Positions 1 to 10,823 of a DNA stretch of 64,000 nucleotides are shown piece after piece. The translations under genes were made by a program, and so were the position numbers. Below the pieces are notes generated by a model. It saw only the letters and a list, made by a program, of their open reading frames with translations. It was not told the DNA's origin and did no database searches. The stretch's first letter is position 1. The number at the start of each line of letters is the position of its first letter. Source of the stretch: Promethearchaeota archaeon (GTDB lineage Archaea; Asgardarchaeota; Lokiarchaeia; Sigyniarchaeales; SOKP01); the NCBI GenBank assembly GCA_019894975.1, contig JAGXNO010000005.1, positions 59,116 to 123,115 of the forward strand, read 5' to 3'.

Positions 1-758
1 TCAAGTGCGCCCTGTAATATCCTTCCTCCTATGAAATACAAAAGGAACCCAATAGCGTTTAAAGCATAAGATTTTCTTAATACTCCAAAAGTTTTCCAGG
101 CAAGATATACAAAGATAAATGGAATTAATGCTAAGAATAACGGCATAAAAATGAAATTAAACAATAATCTCCCGAGAGGATATTCCCATGAACCAATTTT
201 CACAGTGATAATATTAGGGGATATACCATATTGGCTTGGAAAATCTGGATCCATAAAAAGCAGTTCAGATAACGATAATGAAAGAATTCCTATAACAACA
301 GGAACGATAACTAGGGCTAAACGAACTAGTAATTTAATGTTATTTTTATTTCTGAACCAATCTTCAACAGATTTACTTTTATCTTTGTTTTTTTCAATCT
401 GAGTATCTGGAGGAAATAATAATATTCCCAACACCCCAACAGCACAAGCAGTACCAACCCAGGTAAAAAATGTTGCTAATCGATAGTTAATCATTAAAAA
501 TTCTACTACTTCCGCCCCATTACCTACATCAAATAATTCTGGGCCGAAGAAATAATATATTATGAAAAATACTCTCGCAATCCCAAAACACAAAAAGAAC
601 AAACTAAAGAATAGCCAGTATATTTTTTTTGTTGTTCGAAACCTTATGAATAGGAAGTAGAAAAACAATAGAAAGAAATACCCGACGATTATAAAATATA
701 ACCCTAATTCGAGAGCGTCCCAAAACCCAAAATATTGAAAAGTATCTTGAAACAACAT
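1..758 (-). CDS. Multi-pass (about 7 TM) membrane protein of unknown function, 3' end runs off the window
   Basis: Not in the ORF track. Manual translation from ATG at 758: MLFQDTFQYFGFWDALELGLYFIIVGYFFLLFFYFLFIRFRTTKKIYWLFFSLFFLCFGIARVFF..., open to position 1 with repeated hydrophobic segments. Confidence 0.8.
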   Translation of the reverse strand, partial: MLFQDTFQYFGFWDALELGLYFIIVGYFFLLFFYFLFIRFRTTKKIYWLFFSLFFLCFGIARVFFIIYYFFGPELFDVGNGAEVVEFLMINYRLATFFTWVGTACAVGVLGILLFPPDTQIEKNKDKSKSVEDWFRNKNNIKLLVRLALVIVPVVIGILSLSLSELLFMDPDFPSQYGISPNIITVKIGSWEYPLGRLLFNFIFMPLFLALIPFIFVYLAWKTFGVLRKSYALNAIGFLLYFIGGRILQGAL

Positions 759-876
759 AATATATCATTCATTTTAATCATTTTAAATAATATTATTATC
801 TTTTAGTTGTATAAAAATTTATTTTAATTTTGATTTTAATCAAATACAAATATTATCAATTACTTTAAAAATCTAT

Positions 877-2364
877 ATGAAAATCGAGAATAGCATTGAG
901 ACGTTTAACTCATTAGTAAAACGTCGTGGGTTCATTTGGGGGCCATCCCCCGAAATTTATGGTGGATTTGCAGGATTTTATTCATACGGTCCGGCAGGGA
1001 TGGCTCTAAAGAATAATGTGTTAGATCTATTTAGACAGGAATGTCGTTATTTTGGTTTTGGGGAGGTTGAGTGCCCAACGGTCTTACCAAGTATCGTTTG
1101 GGAAGCTTCGGGGCACTTAGAAAGATTTATTGATCCTGTAATCAGATGTAATAAATGCAATACAATGTATCGGGCAGATAAATTTCTTCAAGAAAACCTT
1201 CCAAATCTTATGATTGATGGTTTATCATTTGAGGAAATGGAGAATTTAATTAAAAAACATGAATTAACTTGTCCTAAATGCGGTAATCCTTTCCAAAATA
1301 TTGAAGAATATAATTTGATGCTTAAAACATCTGTAGGAAACAATGTAACAGCATATTTACGACCTGAAACAGCTACTACAACATATTTACTCTTCAATCG
1401 ATTGGATCAAGATGCACGAAGACAATATCCTATTAAAGTCTACCAATTTGGTAAAGCTTATAGAAATGAGATCTCACCTAGACAAGGGGTTCTACGAATG
1501 AGATCTTTCGACCAATTCGAACTACAAATGTTTATCAGTAAAGAACAGGAAATGCAGTTTGAGGATTATGAAGAAGTGAAAAATATCAAACTACCCCTAT
1601 TAGACTGGAAACTTCAAGAAAAAGGAATAAATAAGCCTAAACTTATTTCTCTTGATACAGCTATAACAAATAAGACTCTTAAAAAACCTGCTTACGCCTA
1701 TTGCCTATACGTGGCGCATTACTTAACAACAATTTTGGATATTCCACAAGAATTAATTAGATTTAGACAACACTCAATTAATGAAAGAGCTCATTATGCC
1801 GACGATGCGTGGGATTTAGAAATTAAAACAAGACAATTTGGGTGGGTTGAGATATGTGGTATCCATGATAGAACTGATTATGATTTGAAACGGCATGCTG
1901 AATATTCGAAGCAGAATTTTGAAGTGCAAATGAGTTCTGATTCAAATGTCAAGGAAACACCTCAAGTTCTTGAGATTGCCTTTGGTATTGATAGAATTTT
2001 ATATTGTTTACTCGAAACTACTTTTAATGTTGATCAGGGAAGAATTATATTAAAATTGAATTCAAGATTGGCACCAAATACGGTAGCAGTATTTCCGCTT
2101 GTTCGGAATAAAGAGGATATCAAAATCTTGTCATTGAAGGTCCACAGAGAGTTATTAGAAAATCGAATAGGCTCTTTTTATGATTCTGCTGGATCTATAG
2201 GTAAAAGATATCGAAGACAGGATGAGATAGGTACAAAATGGTGTGTTACTATAGACTATGAGTCTTTAGAAGATAAAAAAGCTACCCTTAGAGATCGAGA
2301 TTCGATGGACCAATCTCGGATTGATATTTCAGATCTTTCAGAAATAATAAAAATGAAACAATGA
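877..2364 (+). CDS. glyS: Glycyl-tRNA synthetase, archaeal/eukaryotic alpha2 type
   Basis: RRGF..S.EIYGG..GFY.YGP.G N-terminus, YLRPETA, GKAYRNEISPRQGVLR motif 2, ERAHYA, SIGKRYRRQDEIG anticodon-binding domain. Confidence 0.96.
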   Translation: MKIENSIETFNSLVKRRGFIWGPSPEIYGGFAGFYSYGPAGMALKNNVLDLFRQECRYFGFGEVECPTVLPSIVWEASGHLERFIDPVIRCNKCNTMYRADKFLQENLPNLMIDGLSFEEMENLIKKHELTCPKCGNPFQNIEEYNLMLKTSVGNNVTAYLRPETATTTYLLFNRLDQDARRQYPIKVYQFGKAYRNEISPRQGVLRMRSFDQFELQMFISKEQEMQFEDYEEVKNIKLPLLDWKLQEKGINKPKLISLDTAITNKTLKKPAYAYCLYVAHYLTTILDIPQELIRFRQHSINERAHYADDAWDLEIKTRQFGWVEICGIHDRTDYDLKRHAEYSKQNFEVQMSSDSNVKETPQVLEIAFGIDRILYCLLETTFNVDQGRIILKLNSRLAPNTVAVFPLVRNKEDIKILSLKVHRELLENRIGSFYDSAGSIGKRYRRQDEIGTKWCVTIDYESLEDKKATLRDRDSMDQSRIDISDLSEIIKMKQ

Positions 2365-2501
2365 GAATAAATCCATATATTTTTGCTTAATATTCTGATC
2401 TTTTTGATCCTTTCAGAAAAAATTTTAAAGAGAAGGATTTTTTAAAAATATAATTTAAAAATTAAACTATTAATTAAAATATACGTCTTGTTTAATCTGA
2501 A

Positions 2502-5309
2502 ATGAGTTTTTTTAATTTCTTTACTATGGGAAAGAAAAGAAGGCTAAATAGAAAATATTCAACAGTTATATTCTCTATTTTCTTTATATTGATGTTTGGT
2601 CTTAGTTTTTTAAATTTTTATAACCCTTCAAATCACGATAATTATTCTAGTGATAGGATCAATGAGGTGGATGATAATTTATTTAATTATGACAATAATA
2701 ATCTAGAAACTGCCACGGATATATCCATGCTTCAAAATCCTTTTATTACAAATTTTGATGCATTGCGTAATTTTTTTATAAATAAGTTTGAATCAAGTTT
2801 AGATTTAGATATTCCTCTCTATTATCGGGAGGGAGATTCAAGTGGGATAATCATAGATGACACAATTTATTCAGAAGATAATTTACAGATGTATTATTCA
2901 TTGCTGCAATCGGAACTTAGCCCAACTGAAACTTTTGATACCTATTTAAAGTTGAAATCAACACCATTGTGGTATGAAGATGGGAATGGTCAGTATAATT
3001 ATGGTTTTGTAAAATCAATTGATAATTCCACAGGTCAAGTGAAGAATGATAATAGATATTTAATAGATAATGTATTGCCAATTTTTCTATTAATTGAAAA
3101 TATCGGAGATGGTATAGACGACATTTTAATAGACGGTAAGCATCCAAAAGATTCAATAGAAGAAATGTTTTACCTTATAAATTCTACTGATTTTTGGGAT
3201 GAAACTAATGATGGATTTATGAATTCGAATTCAACTATTAGTAGTAAATATTCGAAAAGTAATTTTTATGCCATTCTAGCAAATCTCCTGATTCATCGCA
3301 CATATGATCAGCTTGGTTTAAGCGGAGTTATAAAGGGTAGAGCTTATGACTTAGCAAATAAAACAATGTATGCGGTATCCAAAACAAATAATATGTGGGA
3401 TGCAACAGATAGGGCATTTTATCACAACGCGGATAGAAATTGGGCTACTTCAGGGCCAGGACAAAAATATTATCATTTAGATGTAAACGCCTTAGGGATT
3501 ATATCTCTATTAGAGTTTTGGGTCGGATCCGGGAAAGAAAACGATTCATCATTCTTATTAAAAGCAACTCAACTTTACAATAGTTTAGATAATAACTTAT
3601 GGAATAATATTGACAAACTATATCATAATGTATCTCAACCTAATTGGAATATAATTGATTTTGATTATGATCTTAATGCAAATGCTCTAATGATGAAAGC
3701 TTGTTTAAGATTCTTCCAACTTACGGGAAATATAACATACTATAATAGAGCTATTGAACTTTACGATACATTTGAAAACGATTTATATGATATTATAAAC
3801 AATGCTTATGATTTTTCCCTAACAGACAACAGTAAGAATTTCAACTCAAATTTAAAGCTCTTTGATGCCTATCTGGAAGCCTCTGAAACGTATAGTAGCA
3901 CATTATTAGATGCTAATTATAATTTAACAGCAACTATTCCTAATTTTGTTTTTAATCAAGACACTATGAATTTAACATCAGTGTATGCATTTGAAAAAAC
4001 AGAAACTTATTATAATCTTACAACAGAAACTTATCTTCCATTCACTACAAGATATAATATAACTGATGCGGATATAAATTATCTTTTTAAGTATCAAAAT
4101 GGAACATTCTTATATCAATTTGAACATCAGATTAATAATCCAGATGATTCACATACACTTATACATACTATAGAAGACACTTTGCCAATAGAAGATGGGT
4201 ATTACATATATATCTGGGCAAATAAATCATATTTTAGTGTAGGAAACACTCTAAAACGATTTAATGTATTTGGTGGTTTAATTAATGAGACAATTGAGGG
4301 TTTGGTCAGTTTATTATATCAAGGACCAATCGTAAATGTGTCTCTGCCCATTAATTATACTCGTAATGATAACTTAACTTTGATGACCTCTTTAGAGGGG
4401 AAAGATATTGTCAATTTTACGGCTCAAGAAGTAAATTTCACAGCAAATCCCGAATTAGATGAATTTACATATATTGACTTTAATCTTACTGCTAGACCCG
4501 GAGCTATTCCTGGTCCTAGTGAAATTGTTTTTAAAATTTATCAAGGTAATTTATTATATTTAGAAGTAAAGAAATTTATAGAAATTGGGTATTCGTTTGA
4601 TTATGAACATTTAATATACCAAAGTCTGGTTGTATCTGGAGAAAATATCCACGTGTATCTAGATCTAATCAATTTTTTACCTAACGCTACACAATCCTTA
4701 AACGTAAGTTTTACGGGAATAACTGAACCATCGATTGAACCATTTATCCAAGAGGAGACTCTAGATGAAAATGAGATTAGATCTGTTTCTTATTCTCTAC
4801 AAACTCTTGAAAACATTGTAAACGATACAATTAAAATTGAAATGAATGTTTTACAAAATACAACTCTCTATTATACTGATATACTATTCATCGAAATTAT
4901 ACCCAAATTTGAAATTCTTAGTGTTTCATTTCCAGTCGAGATTTCACAAGGAGCACCGGCCTATTTTATTAGTAATATTAAAAGTAATCTAGGAGATCCA
5001 GAGGGATTTTCTTTAATTCTTAACGGAAAAATTGTACAATCGAATATCGATGAGCTCATCCCGGGGGAAAATAGAATTGTAAAACGAATTATTCCTACAA
5101 ACAATCCATACGAATTTGGGGTAAAAGTATATGAGATAATTCTAGAGGATAGTGAAAATGAAGAAATAGCAAGATTTTATTTTAAAGTCAAAATAGAACT
5201 CTCTACATTTAATTTAGTCATATTTTATTTATTACCTTGTATCGTACCCATTGGAATAATTCTGTACTTCCTAAATAAACAAATAAAACATAATAAATTG
5301 AGAAGATGA
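2502..5309 (+). CDS. Large cell-surface glycoprotein: N-terminal TM/signal, six-hairpin glycosidase-like domain, beta-sandwich repeats, C-terminal TM
   Basis: Hydrophobic segments at both ends. Repeated LWD/FWD...GF/LY helical-hairpin motifs (e.g. LRFFQLTGNITYYNRAIELY) and many N-x-S/T sequons. Confidence 0.6.
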   Translation: MSFFNFFTMGKKRRLNRKYSTVIFSIFFILMFGLSFLNFYNPSNHDNYSSDRINEVDDNLFNYDNNNLETATDISMLQNPFITNFDALRNFFINKFESSLDLDIPLYYREGDSSGIIIDDTIYSEDNLQMYYSLLQSELSPTETFDTYLKLKSTPLWYEDGNGQYNYGFVKSIDNSTGQVKNDNRYLIDNVLPIFLLIENIGDGIDDILIDGKHPKDSIEEMFYLINSTDFWDETNDGFMNSNSTISSKYSKSNFYAILANLLIHRTYDQLGLSGVIKGRAYDLANKTMYAVSKTNNMWDATDRAFYHNADRNWATSGPGQKYYHLDVNALGIISLLEFWVGSGKENDSSFLLKATQLYNSLDNNLWNNIDKLYHNVSQPNWNIIDFDYDLNANALMMKACLRFFQLTGNITYYNRAIELYDTFENDLYDIINNAYDFSLTDNSKNFNSNLKLFDAYLEASETYSSTLLDANYNLTATIPNFVFNQDTMNLTSVYAFEKTETYYNLTTETYLPFTTRYNITDADINYLFKYQNGTFLYQFEHQINNPDDSHTLIHTIEDTLPIEDGYYIYIWANKSYFSVGNTLKRFNVFGGLINETIEGLVSLLYQGPIVNVSLPINYTRNDNLTLMTSLEGKDIVNFTAQEVNFTANPELDEFTYIDFNLTARPGAIPGPSEIVFKIYQGNLLYLEVKKFIEIGYSFDYEHLIYQSLVVSGENIHVYLDLINFLPNATQSLNVSFTGITEPSIEPFIQEETLDENEIRSVSYSLQTLENIVNDTIKIEMNVLQNTTLYYTDILFIEIIPKFEILSVSFPVEISQGAPAYFISNIKSNLGDPEGFSLILNGKIVQSNIDELIPGENRIVKRIIPTNNPYEFGVKVYEIILEDSENEEIARFYFKVKIELSTFNLVIFYLLPCIVPIGIILYFLNKQIKHNKLRR

Positions 5310-7009
5310 GATTAATGAGAACTAAAAGGCATTTCTACGTAGCACTAATTCTTTTTATCGTACTTAATGTTTCCCTAAGTGTTTATTTAATTCAAAACAG
5401 CGATTATTCAACAAGCAATAATAATTTAGATGATTTTTTTCAACCATATAACCCAAAGGTTTCAGATGGACCACCCTTATCCTATATTGCAATTGATCAA
5501 AATGCCACAACCATATATCGACTATTTGAATCTGTAAATTTTTCTATTGATACTTTCGGATATGATGTGGATCATACTCTTATTCAAATAGAGTTTTCTA
5601 ATGGTTCTATTATTGACTACGGCATGCAACAAACATCTACTAATGAGTATTCTTATGAATTTCAACCAAAGTATAATGCACCTTTAGGCTTTCAGAATGT
5701 AAGTTTTCTAATCTATAATATTACTCACACACTTCTAAACGCACACACAACCTTTACAAATTTTACCATAGTTACTAATTACATGGCAGTTACTAATAGT
5801 ACTGAATATTATATTGGGAATGATTTATACGCAGAATTAACTGTTAATAATTTTGGTTCTTACCAGTTTGGATGGAATGTTACAATTGTCAATAGCACAA
5901 TTGAATCTGAACAGGGAAATATGACTAACTTTGAACACAATGCAGTTCAGGTTACTTATAACATTAACAACGAGACCTTTCATTCCTTTGTAGATCAGAC
6001 TTTTTATATAAAACTAAATATGACAGATGAAATTTCTGGAAGAAAAGCTGCAGCTTATTTCCCATTTCAAGTTTTGAATTCAGAACCGATTATCGATATC
6101 GCCTCGATCATAATTTCACCAACAAGCGTGAAAAGGGCTGAAGATTGTGAGATTACATTGAATATAACTGATATAGAAGATCTCCCCCAAAATCTCGATG
6201 TTGATATGGACATCGAAGACCCTCTTGGAAACCTTGTTACTACAATTAACATTGACCATAATACAGAAAATAACTTTTCTAAAGTCTTTTCGATACCTGC
6301 TGGAAGAGCTCTTGGCAAATATAAATTAATCATTACCGCAGAAGATCAATCTGGAGGAATTGATTCATTCACAACATCTCTTACTGTAACCAATAATCTA
6401 CCCGAAATTCACAGTTATGAAATTAACGGATTGTCTTCGGATCAAGGATTATCAATATCATATGGAAATAATTTGATCTTTTCTTTTAATGTATCAGATG
6501 TTGAAGGAGTAGCTTATATCAAAGTGGCTCTTTTAGATGAAAATAATGAATGGTATAATATGACAAAAGATTATAACGGTATTGATACAGAAATAAAAAT
6601 ACGGACCGAAGAATTAATTACCGGTGTCTGGTATGTGTACATTTATGTTATTGATGATGATAGAGCAACTACAAGCCTTATTGATGATTATGATATGGCA
6701 CCTCAAGCAATAACAATTATTCCCGATACATTAAGCACTTACCTACCGTGGATAATTTTCATTATAGGGCTTATAATAGGGATTCTTGTAAGTATTGGGA
6801 TTGCCTCGAGACACTATAAGCTAAAAATGGGTGATCCTAAAACCAGATCATCCAAAAAGAAAGCTATTTCTTCTAAAAAAATAATAAAAAGAAAAGAAGA
6901 AAAAGAAGAGCAACCTGAAGAAATACAAGAAAAGGAAAAAATCGAAGAGGTAACACCAAAAAAAGAAGAAGAGGATGTTCCTAAACGAAAAATTAAAAGA
7001 AAATTATAA
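5306..7009 (+). CDS. Membrane-anchored surface protein with Ig-like domains and a charged cytoplasmic tail
   Basis: ATGA overlap with the upstream gene. N-terminal TM, beta-rich repeats (LGKYKLIITAED, GVWYVYIYVIDDD), C-terminal TM and a K/E-rich tail. Confidence 0.65.
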   Translation: MRLMRTKRHFYVALILFIVLNVSLSVYLIQNSDYSTSNNNLDDFFQPYNPKVSDGPPLSYIAIDQNATTIYRLFESVNFSIDTFGYDVDHTLIQIEFSNGSIIDYGMQQTSTNEYSYEFQPKYNAPLGFQNVSFLIYNITHTLLNAHTTFTNFTIVTNYMAVTNSTEYYIGNDLYAELTVNNFGSYQFGWNVTIVNSTIESEQGNMTNFEHNAVQVTYNINNETFHSFVDQTFYIKLNMTDEISGRKAAAYFPFQVLNSEPIIDIASIIISPTSVKRAEDCEITLNITDIEDLPQNLDVDMDIEDPLGNLVTTINIDHNTENNFSKVFSIPAGRALGKYKLIITAEDQSGGIDSFTTSLTVTNNLPEIHSYEINGLSSDQGLSISYGNNLIFSFNVSDVEGVAYIKVALLDENNEWYNMTKDYNGIDTEIKIRTEELITGVWYVYIYVIDDDRATTSLIDDYDMAPQAITIIPDTLSTYLPWIIFIIGLIIGILVSIGIASRHYKLKMGDPKTRSSKKKAISSKKIIKRKEEKEEQPEEIQEKEKIEEVTPKKEEEDVPKRKIKRKL

Positions 7010-7061
7010 ATATTAAAATTTTCCTTCTACTTATTTACTTAATTTCTAATTTATCAATTTC

Positions 7062-7973
7062 TTAATCTAAAACATCATAAAGTCGGTATTGAAATTTCCC
7101 TAATTTTCCCCCAAAATTACCTGCAGAAATTCGATTTACACCTGGAACTTTTACTGCTGCTTGAATTCCCAATTTCATCGCAGTTTTTATCGATTCTTCA
7201 GTTGCTCCATCCAAAATAATCTCATAAACACAGTTATCTCCTTCCTGTAAATTTGAATTTTCTATTTTGTCTTTTAGAGTAGGACAAAGGGGATCATTTG
7301 TAGATGCATTTAAAAAACTGTATTTTGATCCTACTTTTGATCCAGATCGTGCTATCCCCCCTGGAAAAGGAGCAATTACATTAGGTACATCTTTGATCGC
7401 GTCTATTGCCTTTTCAGCTGCTTCAAGAGCAGCATCTTGATTTTTCCCGATTATCAAGAAATTTCCCCCAGCTATTCCTTTTCCAACTTTTGCTATACTC
7501 TGAACGATGAATTCTCCTTCCATCACTGGAATTGACCATGCCTCAAACGGAAATTTACCCTCAACTTTTTCTTGATATCCATCCCCAAAAAATTTCAGGT
7601 TAGCTCCAATTTTTATTTCAAATTCTTTCACAGGGTCTAATGATCCATCCAATGCGTCGTAACATGCTGTTGTTGGGCATGTCAAGACACATTGTCCTAA
7701 CCGATTCATTACAACATTACTTACTTGATCTTTTTTGGTTTTGAAATACATAATAATAACCCCAGGACGTTTATCTGGAGTTTTATCAGGGGAAACAAAA
7801 ACATCAATACCAGCTTCAGCATCACAATGAATTGTCGATGTCCCATAACCTGTTGATACTAAAGCCGCAATTTTCGCCCATTTCTCGTTCTTAGCTGTGA
7901 TTAAAATGCGAGTAAAGAACCCACCAAACGCTTCCGCGAATGTATCTTCAATTTCTACACCATTTAATTCCAT
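7062..7973 (-). CDS. ftr: Formylmethanofuran-tetrahydromethanopterin N-formyltransferase
   Basis: MELNGVEIEDTFAEAF, RLGQCVLTCPTTA, PFPGGIARSGSKVGS, ISAGNFGGKLG. Confidence 0.96.
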   Translation of the reverse strand: MELNGVEIEDTFAEAFGGFFTRILITAKNEKWAKIAALVSTGYGTSTIHCDAEAGIDVFVSPDKTPDKRPGVIIMYFKTKKDQVSNVVMNRLGQCVLTCPTTACYDALDGSLDPVKEFEIKIGANLKFFGDGYQEKVEGKFPFEAWSIPVMEGEFIVQSIAKVGKGIAGGNFLIIGKNQDAALEAAEKAIDAIKDVPNVIAPFPGGIARSGSKVGSKYSFLNASTNDPLCPTLKDKIENSNLQEGDNCVYEIILDGATEESIKTAMKLGIQAAVKVPGVNRISAGNFGGKLGKFQYRLYDVLD

Positions 7974-8141
7974 TTTTATTCATACTCCTTCTATTTGATT
8001 ATTTAATAATAAAATTTTTAATTATCGTATGAGTAATAGAGTTCTATTTTATATAAAATTTTAAAAAAAAAATAAAAACCTTGAAAAATTGTAAGGAATT
8101 ATAATTTCAAATTAAAATTAAATTACAGAGATATAAGAAAA

Positions 8142-8978
8142 ATGAGCGAAAAAATACTTAAGATTGGAATTTTAAAGAATGGAACGATTGGATCTTCTTT
8201 ATTACTTGCTTTTTTAATTGATGAGCGTGCCGAGTCTACGAGAATTAATGTCTATGAAATTACTTCTGGTGCAAAAATGCATCCACCCGAGATGTGCACA
8301 AAAACTATGGAGGATTTACTAAAATGGAGTCCCGACTTGATAATAATGTCAAGTCCAAACGCAGCGTTACCAGGACCAAAAGCGACAAGAGAAATGGCAG
8401 GAACAATTCCAACTATTGTTATTTCTGATGCACCTGCTAAAAAAGCTGTTGAGGAAATTAAAGAAAAAAATATGGGTTATATTTTAGTAAATTGCGATAG
8501 TATGATCGGAGCACGTAGACCTTTTTTAGATCCAGTTGAAATGAGTATTTTCAATTCAGACTTATTAAAAGTCCTTGCTATAACGGGTGCTCTTCAAGTT
8601 ATTGCAGACGAATTAAATAAGGTAATTATGGAAATGTTAGATGGTAGAATACCTATTTTACCTCAAGTAATTGTAGACTCAACTATGGCAACTAATATTG
8701 CTAAATTTTCCAACGCATACGCCAGAGCAAAAGCGATTGCAGCATTTGAATTAGCTGCTTCTGTTTCAAAAGTAACCGGAAAAGCTTGTTTTCAACTTAA
8801 AGAGCGATCCGATTATATACCATTACTCGCCGCTGCGCATGAGATGATGAGAACAGCTGCAAAAATGTGTGATGAAGCAAGAGAAATCGAAAAAAGCAAT
8901 GATACCGTTATAAGAAGACCCCATCACGCTAAACAACAATTTCTTACAAAAATAGGATTATTTGATAAAGAACAATAA
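8142..8978 (+). CDS. mtd: F420-dependent methylene-H4MPT dehydrogenase
   Basis: IDERAE, SGAKM.P, SPNAALPGP, DSMIGARRPFLDPVEMSIFN, AHEMMR.AAK.CDEAREIEK.ND.V.R.PH. Confidence 0.95.
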   Translation: MSEKILKIGILKNGTIGSSLLLAFLIDERAESTRINVYEITSGAKMHPPEMCTKTMEDLLKWSPDLIIMSSPNAALPGPKATREMAGTIPTIVISDAPAKKAVEEIKEKNMGYILVNCDSMIGARRPFLDPVEMSIFNSDLLKVLAITGALQVIADELNKVIMEMLDGRIPILPQVIVDSTMATNIAKFSNAYARAKAIAAFELAASVSKVTGKACFQLKERSDYIPLLAAAHEMMRTAAKMCDEAREIEKSNDTVIRRPHHAKQQFLTKIGLFDKEQ

Positions 8979-9047
8979 CTATACCCCCCAGAAAATATAT
9001 AGTTTTAAAACTAATTTTTTTATCTCTACTTTTATAAATTGAAATAA

Positions 9048-10004
9048 TTAAAACTCAGAAGATTTAAGATATATTTGTAGATTATTGAAAATTTCTCCGT
9101 TTAAAGCACTTAATACTCCTGAGAATATTTCTGGTTGTTTACCTCTTGTAACAGCCATTAAAACCGCTCCATTGATAACTTCCTTTACTATTATCCAACA
9201 GTCTTCTGATTCATATACTACCGTTGACAACTTTAATGGTGAAAGATTCGATATATTTTGAAGTTCCATAATTTGTTGGTATAAATTATAGATATTCGAA
9301 TCCAAAGTTCCAATCTCAAATTTCATAAATTGCAAAGGTTTTGATTCAAATTTACCTAAAGTTGATGTAATTAGTAAACCATCAGGTTGGTTGAATAATA
9401 AAAACTCTGATAATGTAGTAAGTTTTAACTCATCTAGTAAATGACGTACTTTTCCCAATCGCTGCAAAGATAATGTACTTTTCTGGATCTCATAATCTAA
9501 AATTTCAATCAACCTATGTTGAGCACTTCCCTCCTTAACAGAAACTGGTGTGAACGAAATTTTATCCTTAAATTCACCATTTAAATTTTTAGATAATATT
9601 TCATAGAACTCATCTTCCTTAGATTCCTGTAAATCAATTTTATTCAATAAAACATAAGCTTGATCAATCTCAGGAGAGAATTCGAATAAATATTTTAGAA
9701 AATTATCAAAAATATCCCTAACTTCTGCATCTATAATTGCAGAATCCACCATGAATACTGCCGCAGTAACTTCAGAAAAAATGAGTTCTCGTTGGGATTC
9801 AGAAAAGTACCGTTCTAAATATCTTTCTTGGCCGCCTAAATCCCAAATTGATAACTCCAAAATCCCTCGAAATATAAAGTTTTCTCTAGAGACTCCTTTT
9901 GTAGGCTTCAAATTAAGAACTTTCATAAAGTTATATCCTAAGCAAGTAGTTCTCATTAAACTTGTTTTACCAGCACCAGCGGGGCCAAAAAGCAAGACTT
10001 TCAT
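9048..10004 (-). CDS. Rag/Gtr1-family GTPase with C-terminal roadblock-like domain
   Basis: GPAGAGKTS, L.PT, WDLGGQERYLERYFSESQRELIF (RagA-like), NKID. C-terminal FLLFNQPDGLLITST roadblock-like region. Confidence 0.85.
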   Translation of the reverse strand: MKVLLFGPAGAGKTSLMRTTCLGYNFMKVLNLKPTKGVSRENFIFRGILELSIWDLGGQERYLERYFSESQRELIFSEVTAAVFMVDSAIIDAEVRDIFDNFLKYLFEFSPEIDQAYVLLNKIDLQESKEDEFYEILSKNLNGEFKDKISFTPVSVKEGSAQHRLIEILDYEIQKSTLSLQRLGKVRHLLDELKLTTLSEFLLFNQPDGLLITSTLGKFESKPLQFMKFEIGTLDSNIYNLYQQIMELQNISNLSPLKLSTVVYESEDCWIIVKEVINGAVLMAVTRGKQPEIFSGVLSALNGEIFNNLQIYLKSSEF

Positions 10005-10262
10005 GTCTGATTCCTCTAAAATTTATTGTAACCTATACAATTTTTAGAATTTAACTAAAAAATCAATTCCTTAATATTATTTACTCTTAAATTAATTGAT
10101 TTTATATAATCTTTATAATTTTTTGTTTATTTAATTTTTTCTAATTCTTAAAAAGAGAATTAAGTTTAAAAGAAAATGATATTGTGACGATTCAATTAAA
10201 TATAATTTTTAATTTAACTAAATACAATTAACAAAATAATATTAAAAGGGATTAACATAAAA

Positions 10263-10790
10263 ATGGATCTATTAAAATACATACGTAATGTCCCTAATTT
10301 TCCAATAGAGGGCATACAATTCAAAGATATTACTACTCTGGCTAAAATTCATGAACCTTTTAAAGAATCATGTGATCAAATAATCGATCAGTTTAAAGAT
10401 AAAGGAATAACTAAAGTCACTGCTATTGAAGCAAGAGGGTATATTTGGGGTGGCGTGATAGCATATCAGTTAGGTGCGGGATTTATATTGATTCGAAAAC
10501 CTGGAAAGCTGCCTGCTGAGACTATAAGTGAAACATATGAACTTGAATACGGAACAGATACCATTGAAATGCACAGTGATGCTATAGAAAAAGGAGACAG
10601 AGTATTAGTTTTTGATGATTTGCTTGCAACTGGGGGTACAGCAAAAGCTGCATGTAAATTAGTTGAAAAAGCAGGTGGGGACGTAGTGGGTGTGGCATTT
10701 GTGATTGAATTAACGGGGAGCTTACATGGTCGAGAGAAATTAAGTAATTATAATGTCATTTCCTTAATTGAGATTCCCGTAGAAGAATAA
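10263..10790 (+). CDS. apt: Adenine phosphoribosyltransferase
   Basis: PNFPIEGIQFKDIT, EARG, RKPGKLP, YELEYG, VLVFDDLLATGGT. Confidence 0.95.
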   Translation: MDLLKYIRNVPNFPIEGIQFKDITTLAKIHEPFKESCDQIIDQFKDKGITKVTAIEARGYIWGGVIAYQLGAGFILIRKPGKLPAETISETYELEYGTDTIEMHSDAIEKGDRVLVFDDLLATGGTAKAACKLVEKAGGDVVGVAFVIELTGSLHGREKLSNYNVISLIEIPVEE

Positions 10791-10823
10791 AATGCTTAAT
10801 TAAAAAAGAGTAATGATATTTTT

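Noticed and set aside
151-402. Tracked 83-aa + strand ORF
   Set aside because: Antisense shadow of the membrane-protein gene on the minus strand (1-758).
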